From Octopus sinensis (Eukaryota): DNA of 64,000 bases. The notes below the pieces were generated by a model, which ran no database searches, was not told where the DNA came from, and saw only the letters and a list, made by a program, of their open reading frames with translations. Shown here piece by piece: positions 1 to 12,848 of the stretch. The position numbers and the translations under genes are program-made. The DNA lies in NCBI RefSeq assembly GCF_006345805.1, contig NC_043008.1, positions 22,940,001-23,004,000 on the forward strand. The letters are read 5' to 3'. Each line of letters begins with the position of its first letter. The first letter of the stretch is position 1.

Positions 1-277
1 TTTATTGCCACCCCTGTACTTAAAATGTTACCCAAGGTGCCTTGCAGTGCAACTGAGCCCTAAATCACGAGACTGCAATGCTAAGTTCTTAACCACACAG
101 CCATGTCTGTGCCTATCTTCACATCTCCTCATCTTGTCACTCCATTATGTCCCAGCCCTAACCAACCACTTTTCTGACTGTTTCTTCTCCATAAACCTGA
201 TCCTCCGAAATCCCCTTCCTTGCCAGCATATTTCTTGCAGGTATTGACGTTTCTTTTGCTGCATAGTCAGAGGGAGA

Positions 278-410
278 TCATCATCATCGTTGTTCGACCG
301 TGGTCAATACAATGGAATTTACCATGCTACGCCAGACTTCACGATCCATCATGGCATTACGGAGATCCTGTTGCTGGATGCCTGTATCCCTGGAGAACGT
401 GATCAGAGAC
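278..410 (-). mobile_element. 3' end of RTE-like LINE
   Basis: Minus strand reads SRDTGIQQQDLRNAMMDREVWRSMVNSI, resembling an RTE ORF C-terminus, followed by a (GAT)n tail. Confidence 0.55.
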
Positions 411-1103
411 AGGACCCGGCAAAGCAGGGGCTGGACCTATATCCGCAGGTATACCATTAGGTCTGGTTCCCTGGGGAAGAGGAACCCTGGTGCAGTTAAT
501 TGCAAATTCCATAGTCTTTTCAAATGGCTAATAATGTGTGTGCGCGCCACTACTACACATAGAGGGAGAAGAAAAGTAGCCAAAACCTTTTATTTTTTTA
601 GGGCCACATTTTTTTGTGGGTGGGGTGCAGGCATCAGGATTTGTGGGAAAAATTGTGTAAGTTATTCTTAAACCAGGAATCCAGCTGGGATATTTGCAAC
701 AAAACGGAGCTCAAGAACCAGTTGATAGTGTTAAACTGAGCAATACATCAAGTCTACCACCCAAAATTAAAGTTACCCATACCCAAGATTAACTTTACCA
801 CCATAGATTAACTCTACCATCCAAAATAATGTCTAATATCTAAGGATTAAGAGTAACACCTAACATTAGGTGTACCCTATGTACATAATTAACTGTAGCA
901 CCTTAGATTAAAGTAAGTGTGCTATTCAACATGAAATCTACCCCACGCCTAGTTTTAATATCAACCAGTCAAGGATTAATTCTACCAACACAAGATTAAC
1001 TCTTCTGTGAAAGTTAATCATAAACCTAATTGAGTTTACACAAGAGAATTTGGAAGTGTAACAGCCTTAACTGTTTTCTCTCACCTAGACGACCCCCACC
1101 TCA

Positions 1104-1562
1104 GAGAGAAAGAAACAAAGAAAGAGAGAAAGAGAGAGAAAGGAAGAAAGAAAAAGAAAAAAAGAGAGAAAGAGAAAGAAAGAAAGAAAGAAAGAAAGAA
1201 AAAGAGAGAGAGGGGGGAGAAAGGAAGAAAGAAAGAAAGAGAGAAAGAGAAAGGAAGGAGATGAATAAAGAAAGAAAGAAAGAAAGGAAGAAAGAAAAAA
1301 GAAAGAGAGAAAGAAGGAAAGAAAAAGAAAGCAAGCAAGAAAGAAAGAAAGAAAGAAAGAAAAAGCAAGAAAGGCAGAAAGAAAAAAGAAGGAAAGAAGG
1401 AAGGAAAGAAAGAAAGAAAGAAAGAGAAAGGAAGAAAGAAAGAAAAGAAGAGAGAAAGAAAAGAAGAAAGAAAGGAAGAAAAGAAGAAAGAGAAAGAAAG
1501 AAAGAAGAAAGGAAGAAAAAGAAAGGAAAATGAGAAAAAAAAAAAGGCAGAGGAGAAGAAAA
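1104..1562. repeat. Polypurine (GAAA/GA)n low-complexity tract
   Basis: Almost only A/G over ~460 bp; explains ORFs 1030-1678. Confidence 0.95.
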
Positions 1563-1809
1563 GTATATAATATCCATTGACATGACATGAACAGCTGATG
1601 TTTGATTGATTGATTGTCTACTGTAATATTAACATGTTCATGTACGCTGCTCGCCAGTGATACACAAAGGAAGAGCAATAAAGCTGAATGAATAAATATA
1701 CAATACGCTATTATAACAACTGTTAGTTCTCACTTGACAGTCCGCATGCCTTTACAAATCAAACTGTCGTTATAAAGTGTGTTCTGAAATCTCTGATATT
1801 GATTCTCTT

Positions 1810-2428
1810 GACTCTTTACTCTTTTACTTGTTTCAGTCATTTGACTGCGGCCATGCTGGAGCACCGCCTTTTAGTCGAGCAAATCGACCCCGGGACTTAT
1901 TCTTTTGTAAGCCCAGTACTTATTCTATCGGTTTTCTTTTGCCGAACCGCTAAGTGACGGGGACGTAAACACACCAGCATCGGTTGTCAAGCAATGCTAG
2001 GGGGACAAACACACCCACACACAAACAACACACACATCTATATATATATACGACAGGCTTCTTCAGTTTCCGTCTACCCAATCCACTCACCAGGCATTGG
2101 TCGGCCCGGGGCTATAACAAAGACATTTGCCCAAGGTTTTCTTTTGCCGAACCGCTAAGTGACGGGGACGTAAACACACCAGCATCGGTTGTCAACCAAT
2201 GCTAGGGGGACAAACACACACACACAAACATATACACACACACTTATATATATATATACATATATACGACAGGCTTCTTTCTGTTTCCGTCTACCAAATC
2301 CACTCACAAGGCATTGGTCGGCCCGAGGCTATAGCAGAAGACACTTGCCCAAGATGCCACGCAGTGGGACTGAACCCGGAACCATGTGGTTGGTTAGCAA
2401 GCTACTTACCACACAGCCACTCCTGCGC
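1810..2428 (-). mobile_element. tRNA-derived SINE family A (CORE-like), with internal partial tandem duplication
   Basis: Reverse complement of AGGAGTGGCTGTGTGGTAAGTAGCTTGC...GGGTTCAGTCCC...CTTGGGCAAGTG...(GTAAAAGA)n tail; segment ~1935-2135 repeated from ~2138. Confidence 0.85.
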
Positions 2429-2732
2429 CTATTTGCTGTATTTTAGAACGTATTTCTTTTCTTAACATTTGTTTTATTGGCGTACCACAAAGTATGCAGA
2501 TACCATCAGGAAAATAATTTTTTTAATTTGAAATTGAAAATGCAGGCATTCCACTGGATGTTTACATCTTGATCTATTTCTCATTCAGCTCTGAAATAAA
2601 TAAGCTTTGGCTGTCTTGGTTTAGATGATGTTCAGTTCACGACTACAAGGTTCTAGGGTTAGTTGTACTGCATGGCACCTTAGGCATGTGTCTTCTGCTT
2701 TAGCCCATAGTAGATGGAAATAGTATGAAGCA

Positions 2733-2764
<32 letters not shown>

Positions 2765-2775
2765 CAACCACCACC

Positions 2776-2806
<31 letters not shown>

Positions 2807-2826
2807 CCACCACCACCACCACCACC

Positions 2827-2857
<31 letters not shown>

Positions 2858-2948
2858 CCACCACCACCACCACCACCACCACCACCACCACCACCACCAC
2901 CACCACCATCATCATCATCACCACCACCACCACCACCACCAACACCAC

Positions 2949-2989
<41 letters not shown>

Positions 2990-3132
2990 CCACCACCACC
3001 ACCACCACCATCATCACCACCACCACCACCACCACCACCACCATCATCACCACCACCACCACCACCACCACCACCACCACCATCATCATCGTCATCATCG
3101 TCATCATCGTCATCATCGTCATCATCGTCATC

Positions 3133-3180
<48 letters not shown>
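2733..3180. repeat. Compound (CAT)n/(CAC)n trinucleotide microsatellite
   Basis: Direct reading; forms the expanded tail of the adjacent SINE family D copy. Confidence 0.95.
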
Positions 3181-3450
3181 GTTTAACATCCGTTTTCCGT
3201 GCTAGCATGGGTCGGATGGTTCGACCGGGGTCTGGGAAGCCAGGAGGCTGCACCAGGCTCCAGTCTGATCTGGCAGCGTTTCTACAGCTGGATGCCCTTC
3301 CTAATGCCAACCACTCCATGAGTGTAGTGGGTGCTTTTTTACGTGCCACCGGCACAGGTGCCAGAGTAGGCTAGCAGCGGCCACAATCTGTTGGTGCTTT
3401 TTATGTGCCACCGGCACAGAAGCCAGTCAATGTGGCACTGGCATCAGCCA
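3181..3450 (-). mobile_element. SINE-like family D (GGTTGGCGTTAGGAAGGGCATCCAG motif, (GAT)n tail)
   Basis: Homologous to 6830-7020 (opposite strand) and 10345-10495. Confidence 0.7.
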
Positions 3451-3459
3451 TTAGATTGA

Positions 3460-3810
3460 GAGGAACTTCCTAAGAAAGCAAGTGACTCATTTCATTTGGT
3501 CCATTTCTGAGTGAGATTGGCTACCCTGCTCTTCACCTCATTCCAATTCTTCTCCACCTGGAAATCTCGACCAAACCACACCACAAGCAATTTAACCACA
3601 CCCTCGTTATTTGATGGCATGAACCTGCCTCTTCAGGTGATGAATCACAAGCTCTTTGACTTTTCTTGGTTAATTCTTACTCCTGTTACTACCTCGTCGT
3701 ATTAATGTAGACCAGTTTCAGCCAGGTCTACATGCTCAGTGTTGGAGAATATGATGGTGACATTGTCTGCATATGCTGACATGGTTCTCCCATGTCCTAG
3801 TTCATGTGGG
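3460..3810 (-). mobile_element. Decayed LINE reverse transcriptase fragment (L1/Tx1-like)
   Basis: Minus strand gives MSAYADNVTIIFSN, a YADD-like RT motif. Confidence 0.4.
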
Positions 3811-3953
3811 ATGCCTCTCAACGCTTCCATTTTCTGTAGTACCGGCTCTAGAGTCAGAGGAGATAAGAGCAGGGATGTGTTTGTGAATTGTTTTTCCCAC
3901 TTTCATCATATCTGCCAGAGGAGATAAGAGCAGGTGGTACTGGCTGATAAGAG

Positions 3954-4192
3954 CAGGCGAGCTGATAAGAGCAGAAACGTTAGCATGCCGGGCGAAATGC
4001 TTAGCAGTATTTCGTCTGCCGCTACGTTCTGAGTTCAAATTCCGCTGAGGTCGACTTTGCCTTTCATCCTTTCGGGGTCGATTAAATAAGTACCAGTTAC
4101 GCACTGGGGTCGATATAATCGACTTAATCCGTTTGTCTGTCCTTGTTTGTCCTCTCTGTGTTTAGCCCCTTGTGGGTAGTAAAGAAATAGGT
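3954..4192 (+). mobile_element. SINE family B
   Basis: GGCGAGCTG..GCAGAAACGTTAGCA head plus GAGTTCAAATTCCGC.GAGGTCGACTTTGCCTTTCATCCTTTCGGGGTCGA core, repeated many times in the window. Confidence 0.85.
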
Positions 4193-4512
4193 ACTGGTTA
4201 GCTATTGTTGAGGGATGTGTAAGTGAATTGTTTTTCCTACCTTCATCACATCTGCCAAGTTTTTGTATTGGTGTGATTTTTTTTAGATCTGATGATTTTT
4301 TGCCATTTAGGCTCTTCATTGTCCCTTTCATTATAGGACACAGCTGAGTGGTCCAAAAAAGGATGGGTATGTCTTGAGGTGATTTTCTGTTGTTCTGTTA
4401 ATAAAGTTGCTGTTGCTTTGGAGGTTTCTAATTCCGTTGTTGTGGTGGTGGTGGTGGTGGTGACTGGATAGTGAAAAGTGTATTTTTAAAAAATTGAACT
4501 AAGTTTTTTATA

Positions 4513-4892
4513 GGAAGCACTCCGTCGGTTATGACGATGAGGGTTCCGGTTGATCCGAATCAACGGAACAGCCTGCTTGTGAAATTAACGTGTAAGTGGC
4601 TGAGCACTCCACAGATACGTGTACCCTTAACGTAGTTCTCGGGATATTCAGCGTGACACAGAGAGTGACAAGGCCGGCCTTTGAAATACAGGTACAACAA
4701 CAGAAACAGGAAGTAAGAGTGAGAGAAAGTTGTGGTGAAAGAGTACAGCAGGGATCACCACCATCCCTGCCGAAGCCTCGTGGAGCTTTAGGTGTTTTCG
4801 CTCAATAAACACTCACAACGCCCGGTCTGGGAATCGAAACCGCAATCCTATGACCGCGAGTCCACTGCCCTAACCACTGGGCCATTGCGCCT
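4513..4892 (-). mobile_element. tRNA-derived SINE family C
   Basis: Minus-strand head GAGGCGCAATGGCCCAGTGGTTAGGGCAG...GGTTTCGATTCCC (A and B boxes); near-identical copy at 30558-30940. Confidence 0.85.
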
Positions 4893-5477
4893 CAGAGTTT
4901 TTTATATCACCTATCACTTAATGCATGCGCATAAGTGCAATTCCGTGAAACATTCACGCTTATTTACATGGTAGATATATGCAATTTAACTAAAGATTGT
5001 ATCATATGTACGAGATATTTTTTGTTTTTTGTTTATGAGAAAAATATAAAAATATTTTATTAAGTCTATAAAATTGAGCGTAAAGTTTATAAAGTACATT
5101 AAGTAATCATTGTATTCCAATTTCTTTCATTTTTCAATGAATAGCAGATGAGAGACTATCTTTCCATATAAACACAGCACAAGCTAAGCTTTCAGGTTTT
5201 TTCGGATAAAGGTTTCAGAAATAACCCAATAGGTTTACCATTAATTCTGTGAAATATTCATGGGCCCTGCTAGTGTATATAATTTGGACAACACTAGCTC
5301 AGGTGTTACCAGAACCTAGCACTTACTAACAGAAACAGTGTGTGTGTGTGTGTGAGCAAGGCATCTGACTGTTGTAAATATCTGTCTCAACAAAATTCCT
5401 TCCAATCCATGCAAATATGGTAGACATAAAAACAATGATGATGATGGTATTGATATATTCACACACACAAGTGAGTA

Positions 5478-5508
<31 letters not shown>

Positions 5509-5582
5509 CATCAACAGGTGAGATTGAGAGAATCCCAGTACAGAAAACACCTAGTAGTGCTCAAATAATTTGAACTTACACT

Positions 5583-5905
5583 TTGACCAAAAGTAAGCCA
5601 TTGTACTTAGCCTTTGTCGACCTGGAGAAAGCTTTCAACAGAGTTCCTTGCTCTGTTATATGGTGGTCTCTAAGGAAGTTAGGTGTAGAAGAGTGGCTGG
5701 TTAGAGCTGTCCAAGCCATGTACAGTGGTGCTGTCAGTAAGGTGAAAGTTGGCCATGAATACAGTGATAAATTTTGCATTCGGGTAAGGGTTCACCAGGG
5801 CTCAGTTCTCAGCCCACTCTTATTCATTATAGTCCTCCAGGTCATAACAGAGGAATTCAAAACTGGGTGACCATGGGAACTACTATATGCTGATGACCTT
5901 GCTCC
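5583..5905 (+). mobile_element. RTE-clade LINE reverse transcriptase fragment (pseudogene)
   Basis: LYLAFVDLEKAFNRVP...VHQGSVLSPLLFIIVL...(stop)PWELLYADDLA: RT motifs with an in-frame stop. Confidence 0.9.
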
Positions 5906-6379
5906 AACTTATATATATAACATCTCCAACTTATATATATAATATATATATTATATATATATCCACACATATATATATATATATATATATAATATAATAA
6001 ACAATTATTGTTTATTTCTCTATATTTGCTTAGTGAGACAAATGCATATAAAAATGTCACATAGTTCTTATTCCAATTATTGGATGAGTTGATCTTTAAT
6101 TTTTAGTAAATGGATGCAAATATCAAACAAACAAAATTCAACGCTGATTGAAAACTTAGGGTCTATATATATTCATGTAATACATGCACACAAATAAAAA
6201 TGTAAAAATATGTATTATACATATTTATGCCATGTAGTGGGATTTTCTTTGTTTTTTAATTGGGAAAAAGGTGGTTTGCCCCCCCCTCTCATTCCTGGAA
6301 AAATGTGGGGTCTTATCCCCTGGTACCCAGCTGAAACAAGGCCCTTGTGCATGTAATACATATACATATACATACATAT

Positions 6380-6417
<38 letters not shown>

Positions 6418-6459
6418 GATATATATATATACATACATACATCCATCCATACATACGTG

Positions 6460-7020
6460 TCGGTGGCACGTAAAAGCACCATCCGTTCGCGTCCATTGCC
6501 AGCCTCGCTGGCCCCCGTGCCGGTGACACGTAAAAGCACCGTCCGCTCGTGGCTGTTTGCCAGCTCTGTCTGGCAACCGTGTTGGTGGCACGTAAAAGCA
6601 CCATCCGTTCGCGTCCGTTGCCAGCCTCGGCTGGCCCCCGTGCCGGTGACACGTAAAAGCACCGTCCGCTCGTGGCCGTTTGCCAGCTCTGTCTGGCAAC
6701 CGTGTTGGTGGCACGTAAAAGCACCATCCGTTCGCGTCCGTTGCCAGCCTCGGCTGGCCCCGTGCCGGTGACACGTAAAAGTACCATCCGTTCGTGGCCG
6801 TTCGCCAGCTCTGTCTGGCACCTGTGCAGGTGGCACGTAAAAAACACCCACTACACTCGCGGAGTGGTTGGCGTTAGGAAGGGCATCCAGCCGTAGAAAC
6901 ACTGCCAGATCTGACTGGGCCTGACGAAGCCTTCCAGCTTCACAGACCCCAGTTGACCCGTCCAACCCATGCTAGCATAGAAAGCGGACGCTAAACGATG
7001 ATGATGATGATGATGATGAT
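6460..7020 (+). mobile_element. SINE-like family D with internal ~61-bp tandem repeats
   Basis: Seven GGTG(G/A)CACGTAAAA motifs spaced ~60-63 bp in alternating variants, then GGTTGGCGTTAGGAAGGGCATCCAG and a (GAT)n tail. Confidence 0.75.
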
Positions 7021-7024
7021 ATAT

Positions 7025-7198
7025 ATCACTTTGATCACTTTGACCGACCAGTCCGTCAGGCGTCCATTTGACACCGCTGGTCACAGCACGCTGTCCACTC
7101 CTCTCTGGATCGCGCCTTTCTCATCCACGTGACCCAATCGTCCTCTTGAAATCGTCACTCCACCGTCGTGGAGATCTTCCGGGTGGTCTTTTCCACTC
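7025..7198 (-). mobile_element. RTE-like LINE 3' fragment
   Basis: Minus strand EWKRPPGRSPRRWSDDFKR, the RTE C-terminal R..GRP..RW.D motif. Confidence 0.65.
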
Positions 7199-7217
7199 AT
7201 ATATAATATATAATATA

Positions 7218-7261
<44 letters not shown>

Positions 7262-7439
7262 TTTAAGTGTATAATTATAAAATATAAATATTTTCAGTGT
7301 CGAAGGTGTTTATAAGCCATTTAAAAACACAAAAAGAAACATTAGATTCACTTCAACATTTAAATTTAATTTGTCAAAATATTTCCGTCCCTTTGAAACC
7401 CTGACCTGTTCACTGACAAAATTCTGTGCTGCATCACTT

Positions 7440-7720
7440 AAAAATATAATTATTATTATTAAGGGTGCTGGAATGCCAGCGCCTATACGCTAGAAATAGA
7501 TGTCAGATACCTACATCCACTCTAAATTTGTTCTCTTATTTATAACCCTAGGTCGAATGCAAGGTAAATGAGCAAGAAAATTTACAAAATTTTGAAAGTC
7601 TTCTTGCATTCAACCTGGGGTTATAAACAGAGAACAAATTTGAGTGGATTGTAGGTATTTGACATCTAATTTAGCATATAGGCGCTGGCATTCCAGTGCT
7701 TAATTATAATTATATTTTTA
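7440..7720. repeat. Long imperfect inverted repeat (palindrome)
   Basis: GCTGGAATGCCAGCGCCTATA...GAATGCAAG mirrored by CTTGCATTC...TATAGGCGCTGGCATTCCAG; arms ~120 bp. Confidence 0.85.
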
Positions 7721-7879
7721 TAATTATATACTTAAAAATTAATTTTACCAATATGGTCATTTTTTATAAGCTAGCCACTGATATAACCATTTTAATGATT
7801 ATATCAGTGACTAGCGTATAAAATGTGACCTTATTGGTAAAATTATGTATGTATATATAATATATATATATATATATAA

Positions 7880-8117
7880 AACTAAAAATAAGGGTGTCTG
7901 AGAGACACCACCATGCCGAAATAGCAGTCAAATCCCTGACTCTAAAAGCCACTTTAAATGTTCATATCACACTATGAGATAAGACAGAGGGACGGTCTAT
8001 TTTGTCCCTCTGTCTTATCTCATGTTGCGATATGAACATTTCAGGTGGTTTTTAGAGTCAGGGATTTGACTGCTATTTCGACATGGTGGTGTCTCTCAGA
8101 CACCCTTATTTTTAGTT
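7880..8117. repeat. Long inverted repeat (palindrome)
   Basis: AACTAAAAATAAGGGTGTCTGAGAGACACC...GACAGAGGGAC mirrored by GTCCCTCTGTC...GGTGTCTCTCAGACACCCTTATTTTTAGTT; arms ~115 bp. Confidence 0.9.
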
Positions 8118-8226
8118 GTAAAAAATTATTACCTTTGTATGGTATTTATTACCATGCTGGCCACCTGATAATATCGATATTTAAATATCGATATTATCCA
8201 TATATATATATAGGAATAAAATTTAT

Positions 8227-8620
8227 AGGAGTGGCTGTGTGGTAAGTAGCTTGCTAACCAACCACTGGTTCTGGTTCAGTCCCACTGCGTGGCATCTTGG
8301 GCAAGTGTCTTCTGCTATAGCCCCGGGCCGACCAATGCCTTGTGAGTGGATTTGTAGACGGAACTGAAAGAAGCCTGTCGTATATATGTATATATATATA
8401 TGTATGTGTGTGTTTGTCCCCCTAGCATTGCTTGACAACCGATGCTAGTGTGTTTGCGTCCCCCTCACTTAGCGGTTCGGCAAAGGAGACTGATAGAATA
8501 AGTACTGGACTTACAAAGAATAAGTCCCGGGGTCGATTTCCTCGACTAAAGGCGGTGCTCCAGCATGGCCGCAGTCAAATGACTGAAACAAGTAAAAGAG
8601 TAAAAGAGTAAAAGAGAGTA
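8227..8620 (+). mobile_element. SINE family A
   Basis: Near full-length copy: tRNA-like head, central microsatellite, (GTAAAAGA)n tail. Confidence 0.85.
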
Positions 8621-8734
8621 AACAAGAATGTGAAATACACAAAGGCACGAACACAGAAAACAGATGGGTCATTCGAAGCCTTTAATCTTCAGTCAGAAAC
8701 TGGATCATCATAGCAAATTTCGGCTGATTAATTC

Positions 8735-9110
8735 TGATATTTGCTCCAATATCCAGAACGTAATTTATAAATGTACAATAATAACTACAATTAGTAATTT
8801 TATATACATTTGTTGTTCGATTAGTATGAAACAAAGTCTGTACAACCCCATGGCCTCTTTTAAACTTAAACATAAGGCGAATTGTACGTCATTATCCAGT
8901 AAGATTTGGGAATTGAAGGAAAGCAGAATTGGGTTAAGCCTTAAGAAGGAAATAATAAGAAAAGCACAGCCTTATAGAAATAGTAGATATAGATGTGAGC
9001 TGTGCTCTATGGAAACATGAAAATCTAAAGCATAAAGATAAGGTCAACTTGATTAATAATAGATTAGACCTTAGGGTGTCATGGGTACATAGTGTCACCT
9101 GTACTTTTAA
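8735..9110 (+). mobile_element. Penelope-like element GIY-YIG endonuclease remnant
   Basis: NVIYKCTI...FIYI...SFKLKHKANCTSLSSKIWELK...AQPY...RCELC, then LINNRLDL: C-terminal pattern of PLE GIY-YIG domains. Confidence 0.7.
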
Positions 9111-9623
9111 ATATTTTCATAAGTAGCACTTTATAGGTCTTGTGATTCAACTGATTTTGATGGAAACTTTTAATATATTTAGCCTGAAATTAAAGCACAT
9201 TGCATATATTACAATATAATAAAAGCTATATAGTATATTTAGTTAGTGTGCTAAACAAAGTTAGTATACTATCCATATGAATTTTCCTGCCTAGTTGATC
9301 AGATTTCATCATGGTTTTAGTAATTACTTTATTTATCCCTTTCTTAAAGTGTTCCACCCTCCTGATCTTAGTATTTATAAGGACCTTTATGTAAGTAGCC
9401 CTTTTAATTAAGTACCCCTAAGAAACTATAATATCATGTATGGATTAACACTAAAAACTTTTAAAACCTATAATATACCTCTTAGTTTATATTTAGTATA
9501 TAATTAGCAAGTCCTATAACATCAATATTCCATTAGTTAATACCAGGTATCAGTCTTTATAGATACAAGCTAAATAAGTAAATAAACAATTTTTAGTTTA
9601 AATACTTGAATTATTATATATTT

Positions 9624-10013
9624 TAGGAGTGGCTGTGTGGTAAGTAGCTTGCTTACCAAACTCATAGTTCAGGGTTCAGTCCCACTACGTGGCAAGTGTC
9701 TTCTACTATAGCCTCGGGCCGACCAAAGGCTTGTGAGTGGATTTGATAGACGGAAACTGAAAGAAGCCCGTTGTATATATGTATATATATGCATGTGTGT
9801 GTATGTGTTTGTGTGTCTGTGTTTGTCCCCCCACCATTGCTTGACAACCGATGGTGGTGTGTTTACGTCGCCGTAACTTAGCGGTTCAGCAAAAGAGACT
9901 GATAGAATAAGTACTAGGCTTACAAAGAATAAGTCCTGGGGTCGATTTGCTCGACTAAAGGTGGTGCTCCAGCATGGCCACAGTCAAATGACTGAAAACA
10001 AGTAAAAGAGAGA
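9624..10013 (+). mobile_element. SINE family A
   Basis: Same consensus as 8227-8620. Confidence 0.85.
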
Positions 10014-10344
10014 GTATACTTCATCATGGTTTTAGTGATTAAGCTATTTTATTCTTTTTCTATGGTGTTCTACCCTACCTGATCATTTTATTATTTTATA
10101 ATAGTTTTTAGGAAATAATCCTAATTTTTGTACCCCTAGAAATTCATACTTAGCTTATATATAACAATACCGGTATCTTCACAACTTAAAATAAACTGCT
10201 TAGATTATAATTTAATTAATATATAGTTAGCATGTTCTTTTGCCTCAGTACTCCTTTATTAAATACCAGTAAATGCTAATGATCAGTCTTCATAGATACC
10301 ATCTAATAAGTTAATATTTAAGTATATAATATATCATCATGATC

Positions 10345-10495
10345 ATCGTTTAACGTCCGTTCTCCATGCTAGCAGGGGTTGGACGGTTCGACCAGGATCT
10401 GGGAAACCAGAAGGCTGCACCAGGCTCCAGTCTGATCTGGCAGTGTTTCTACAGCTGGATGCTCTTCCTAACACCAGATGTCCTTCCTAACGCCT
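10345..10495 (-). mobile_element. SINE-like family D fragment
   Basis: Matches 3181-3310. Confidence 0.7.
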
Positions 10496-10785
10496 ATATA
10501 TAAATATTAAACTATTTCTATGTAATTTCTTTTCCTACCTCTATGGTGGTAAAATTTGGTATATACTCAAAAGTATTGAAAGATTTTTTTATCCTTTTGT
10601 TATAATATTCTTCTTAATCTTCTTGATAACCCTAAATTTTAACTTTATACAATATAGCAATATTGTTTAAAGTATGCAACTATAGTACCCCATGATAACA
10701 TTTCCTCTGGGTGGCGGGGTTGGGGAGAAAGATGAATGATTTTAAATAAATATATCTTAATTGTTGTGCGAGAAAGTATATATAG

Positions 10786-11175
10786 GAGCAGGAGTGGCTG
10801 TGTGGTAAGTAGCTTGCTAACCAACCACATGGTTGCGGGTTCAGTCCCACTGCGTGGCGTCTTGGGCAAATGTCTTCTGCTATAGCCCCGGGCCGACCAA
10901 TGCCTTGTGAGTGGATTTGGTAGACGGAAACATATATATATATATATGTGTGTGTGTGTTTGTGTGTCTGTGTTTGTTCCCCTAGCATTGCTTGACAACC
11001 GATGCTGGTGTGTTACGTCCCCGTCACTTAGCGGTTCGGCAAAAAGAGACCGATAGAATAAGTACTGGGCTTACAAAGAATAAGTCTCGGGGCCGAGTTG
11101 CTCGACTAAAGGCGGTGCTCCAGCATGGCCGCAGTGAAATGACTGAAACAAGTAAAAGAGTAAACGAGTAAAAGA
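10786..11175 (+). mobile_element. SINE family A
   Basis: Family A consensus. Confidence 0.85.
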
Positions 11176-12382
11176 GAATATTCTGACGTTAAAAACATTC
11201 TAAATTTATAGACTATATCTCGTGTGTTTAAGAAAAAACAAAAGCATTTTACAGAAATAAATTTCCCAGAGTGTGAATTACATGGTTTGTTATTAAATAT
11301 CCCCCCCTCCCCGCCCCCAACCTTTTTCTGAACCAGAATAAGGGATTTGCAGCATATTAGGAGGTCAGGATATTTGATTCCACACAAAAAATCCAGGTTT
11401 TTTTTGTCTTGGTGAAAATCGTACGGGTATTAATATAAAAATTTACCAGATAGAGAGGGTATAACTTTACCAGTTTGACTAATTAGCAATTTTAGGAAAG
11501 ACTTCCACCTGTCCTCACCCCATTTTCTCTCAAATTTGTTTATTTTTGTAATTTTTTCTTTTGCCAAAAATCCCCGTTTTAAGATAGGGAGGTTCCGGAA
11601 TATTGCCAAAAATCCCCACCCCCCAACTTCTTCAGTTTTGACTTTTTTCCGCAACACTAGCCCTAAAACCCTAATTCTAACCCTAACCCTAATCCTAAAA
11701 CCGTAACCGTAAGTACAGAAATATTTTTCCGCATATTTAAAAAAAAAAATTCTTAAAAAAAAATTTCACGAAGATTTTTGGAAATTTTTTCCAGAATCAT
11801 AATCTCCGTATTTCCCCGCATATTTTGAAAAAAAAATGTGAAAAAAGTTAAAAATGAAGGAAATGGGTGTGGGTGGTGGTGGTAATTTAGAAATGTTGAT
11901 TTTTGCCAATTTTTTTGCAGATTCGTATTCCCCGTAGCCGAAAAGGACGGGGAGGGAGTGTTGTGTCGAAAAAAAAAATTTTTAAAGGGTGGTTTTTGGT
12001 GGTGGGACGGGCGGAAGTTTTGCCCAATTTTACGTTTATAACACGTATGTATTTGATGCCTATATAATGGAAAACCACATTAAACTCCAAATCCCAAACC
12101 TAAGAAAACACAAACATGAGCGAAAAAAGGAAGATAGAAAGAAAGAAAAAAGAGAAAAAAAACAATAATTCAACACGAAGTGCATCAGATTCAGTGGAAC
12201 CTACTGAAGCATGCCAACACGCTCGTGGTATTATCACGGGCGATGGTGTGGCTGAGGTATTTGAACAGCCAAGCATCCTTACCTAACACTTCGGTAAGGC
12301 CGGGTCTCTACCGCATACATATCGTACAGATTTCATGCGTTTTTAAAGTTTATTACATTGTAAAAATCTATCGAATATTTTA

Positions 12383-12780
12383 TGTGGCTGTGTGGTAAGT
12401 AGCTTGCTAACCAACCACATGGTTCCGGGTTCAGTCCCACTGCGTGGCATCTTGGGCAAGTGTCTTCTGCTATAGCCCCGGGCCGACCAATGCCTTGTGA
12501 GTGGATTTGGTAGACGGAAACTGAAAGAAGCCTGTCGTATATATGTATATGTATGTATGTGTGTGTGTGTTTGTGTGTCTGTGTTTGTCCCCCTAACATT
12601 GCTTGACAGCCGATGCTGGTGTGTTTACGTCGCCGTCACTTAGCGGTTCGGCAAAAGGAGATCGATAGAATAAGTACTGGGCTTACAAAGAATAAGTCCC
12701 GGGGTCGATTTGCTCGACTAAAGGCGGTGCTCCAGCATGGCCGCAGTCAAATGACTGAAACAAGTAAAAGAGTAAAGAGT
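12383..12780 (+). mobile_element. SINE family A
   Basis: Family A consensus. Confidence 0.85.
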
Positions 12781-12848
12781 ATAAAGTAAAAGGAATATCA
12801 AGAATTGTTTTCTGAATCACTTTCACTCGCACTAGACTCCAGTACACC

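Noticed and set aside
750-1030. Degenerate ~20-bp repeat (AAGATTAACTCTACC-like)
   Set aside because: Too diverged to define a unit; probably an old minisatellite
1030-3189. Long ORFs rich in K/E/R, F/L/S, poly-D/G, poly-M/V
   Set aside because: Translations of (GAAA)n and (CAT/CAC)n microsatellites
11661-11712. Telomere or interstitial telomeric array
   Set aside because: Only a few degenerate CCCTAA units, probably internal to a repeat element
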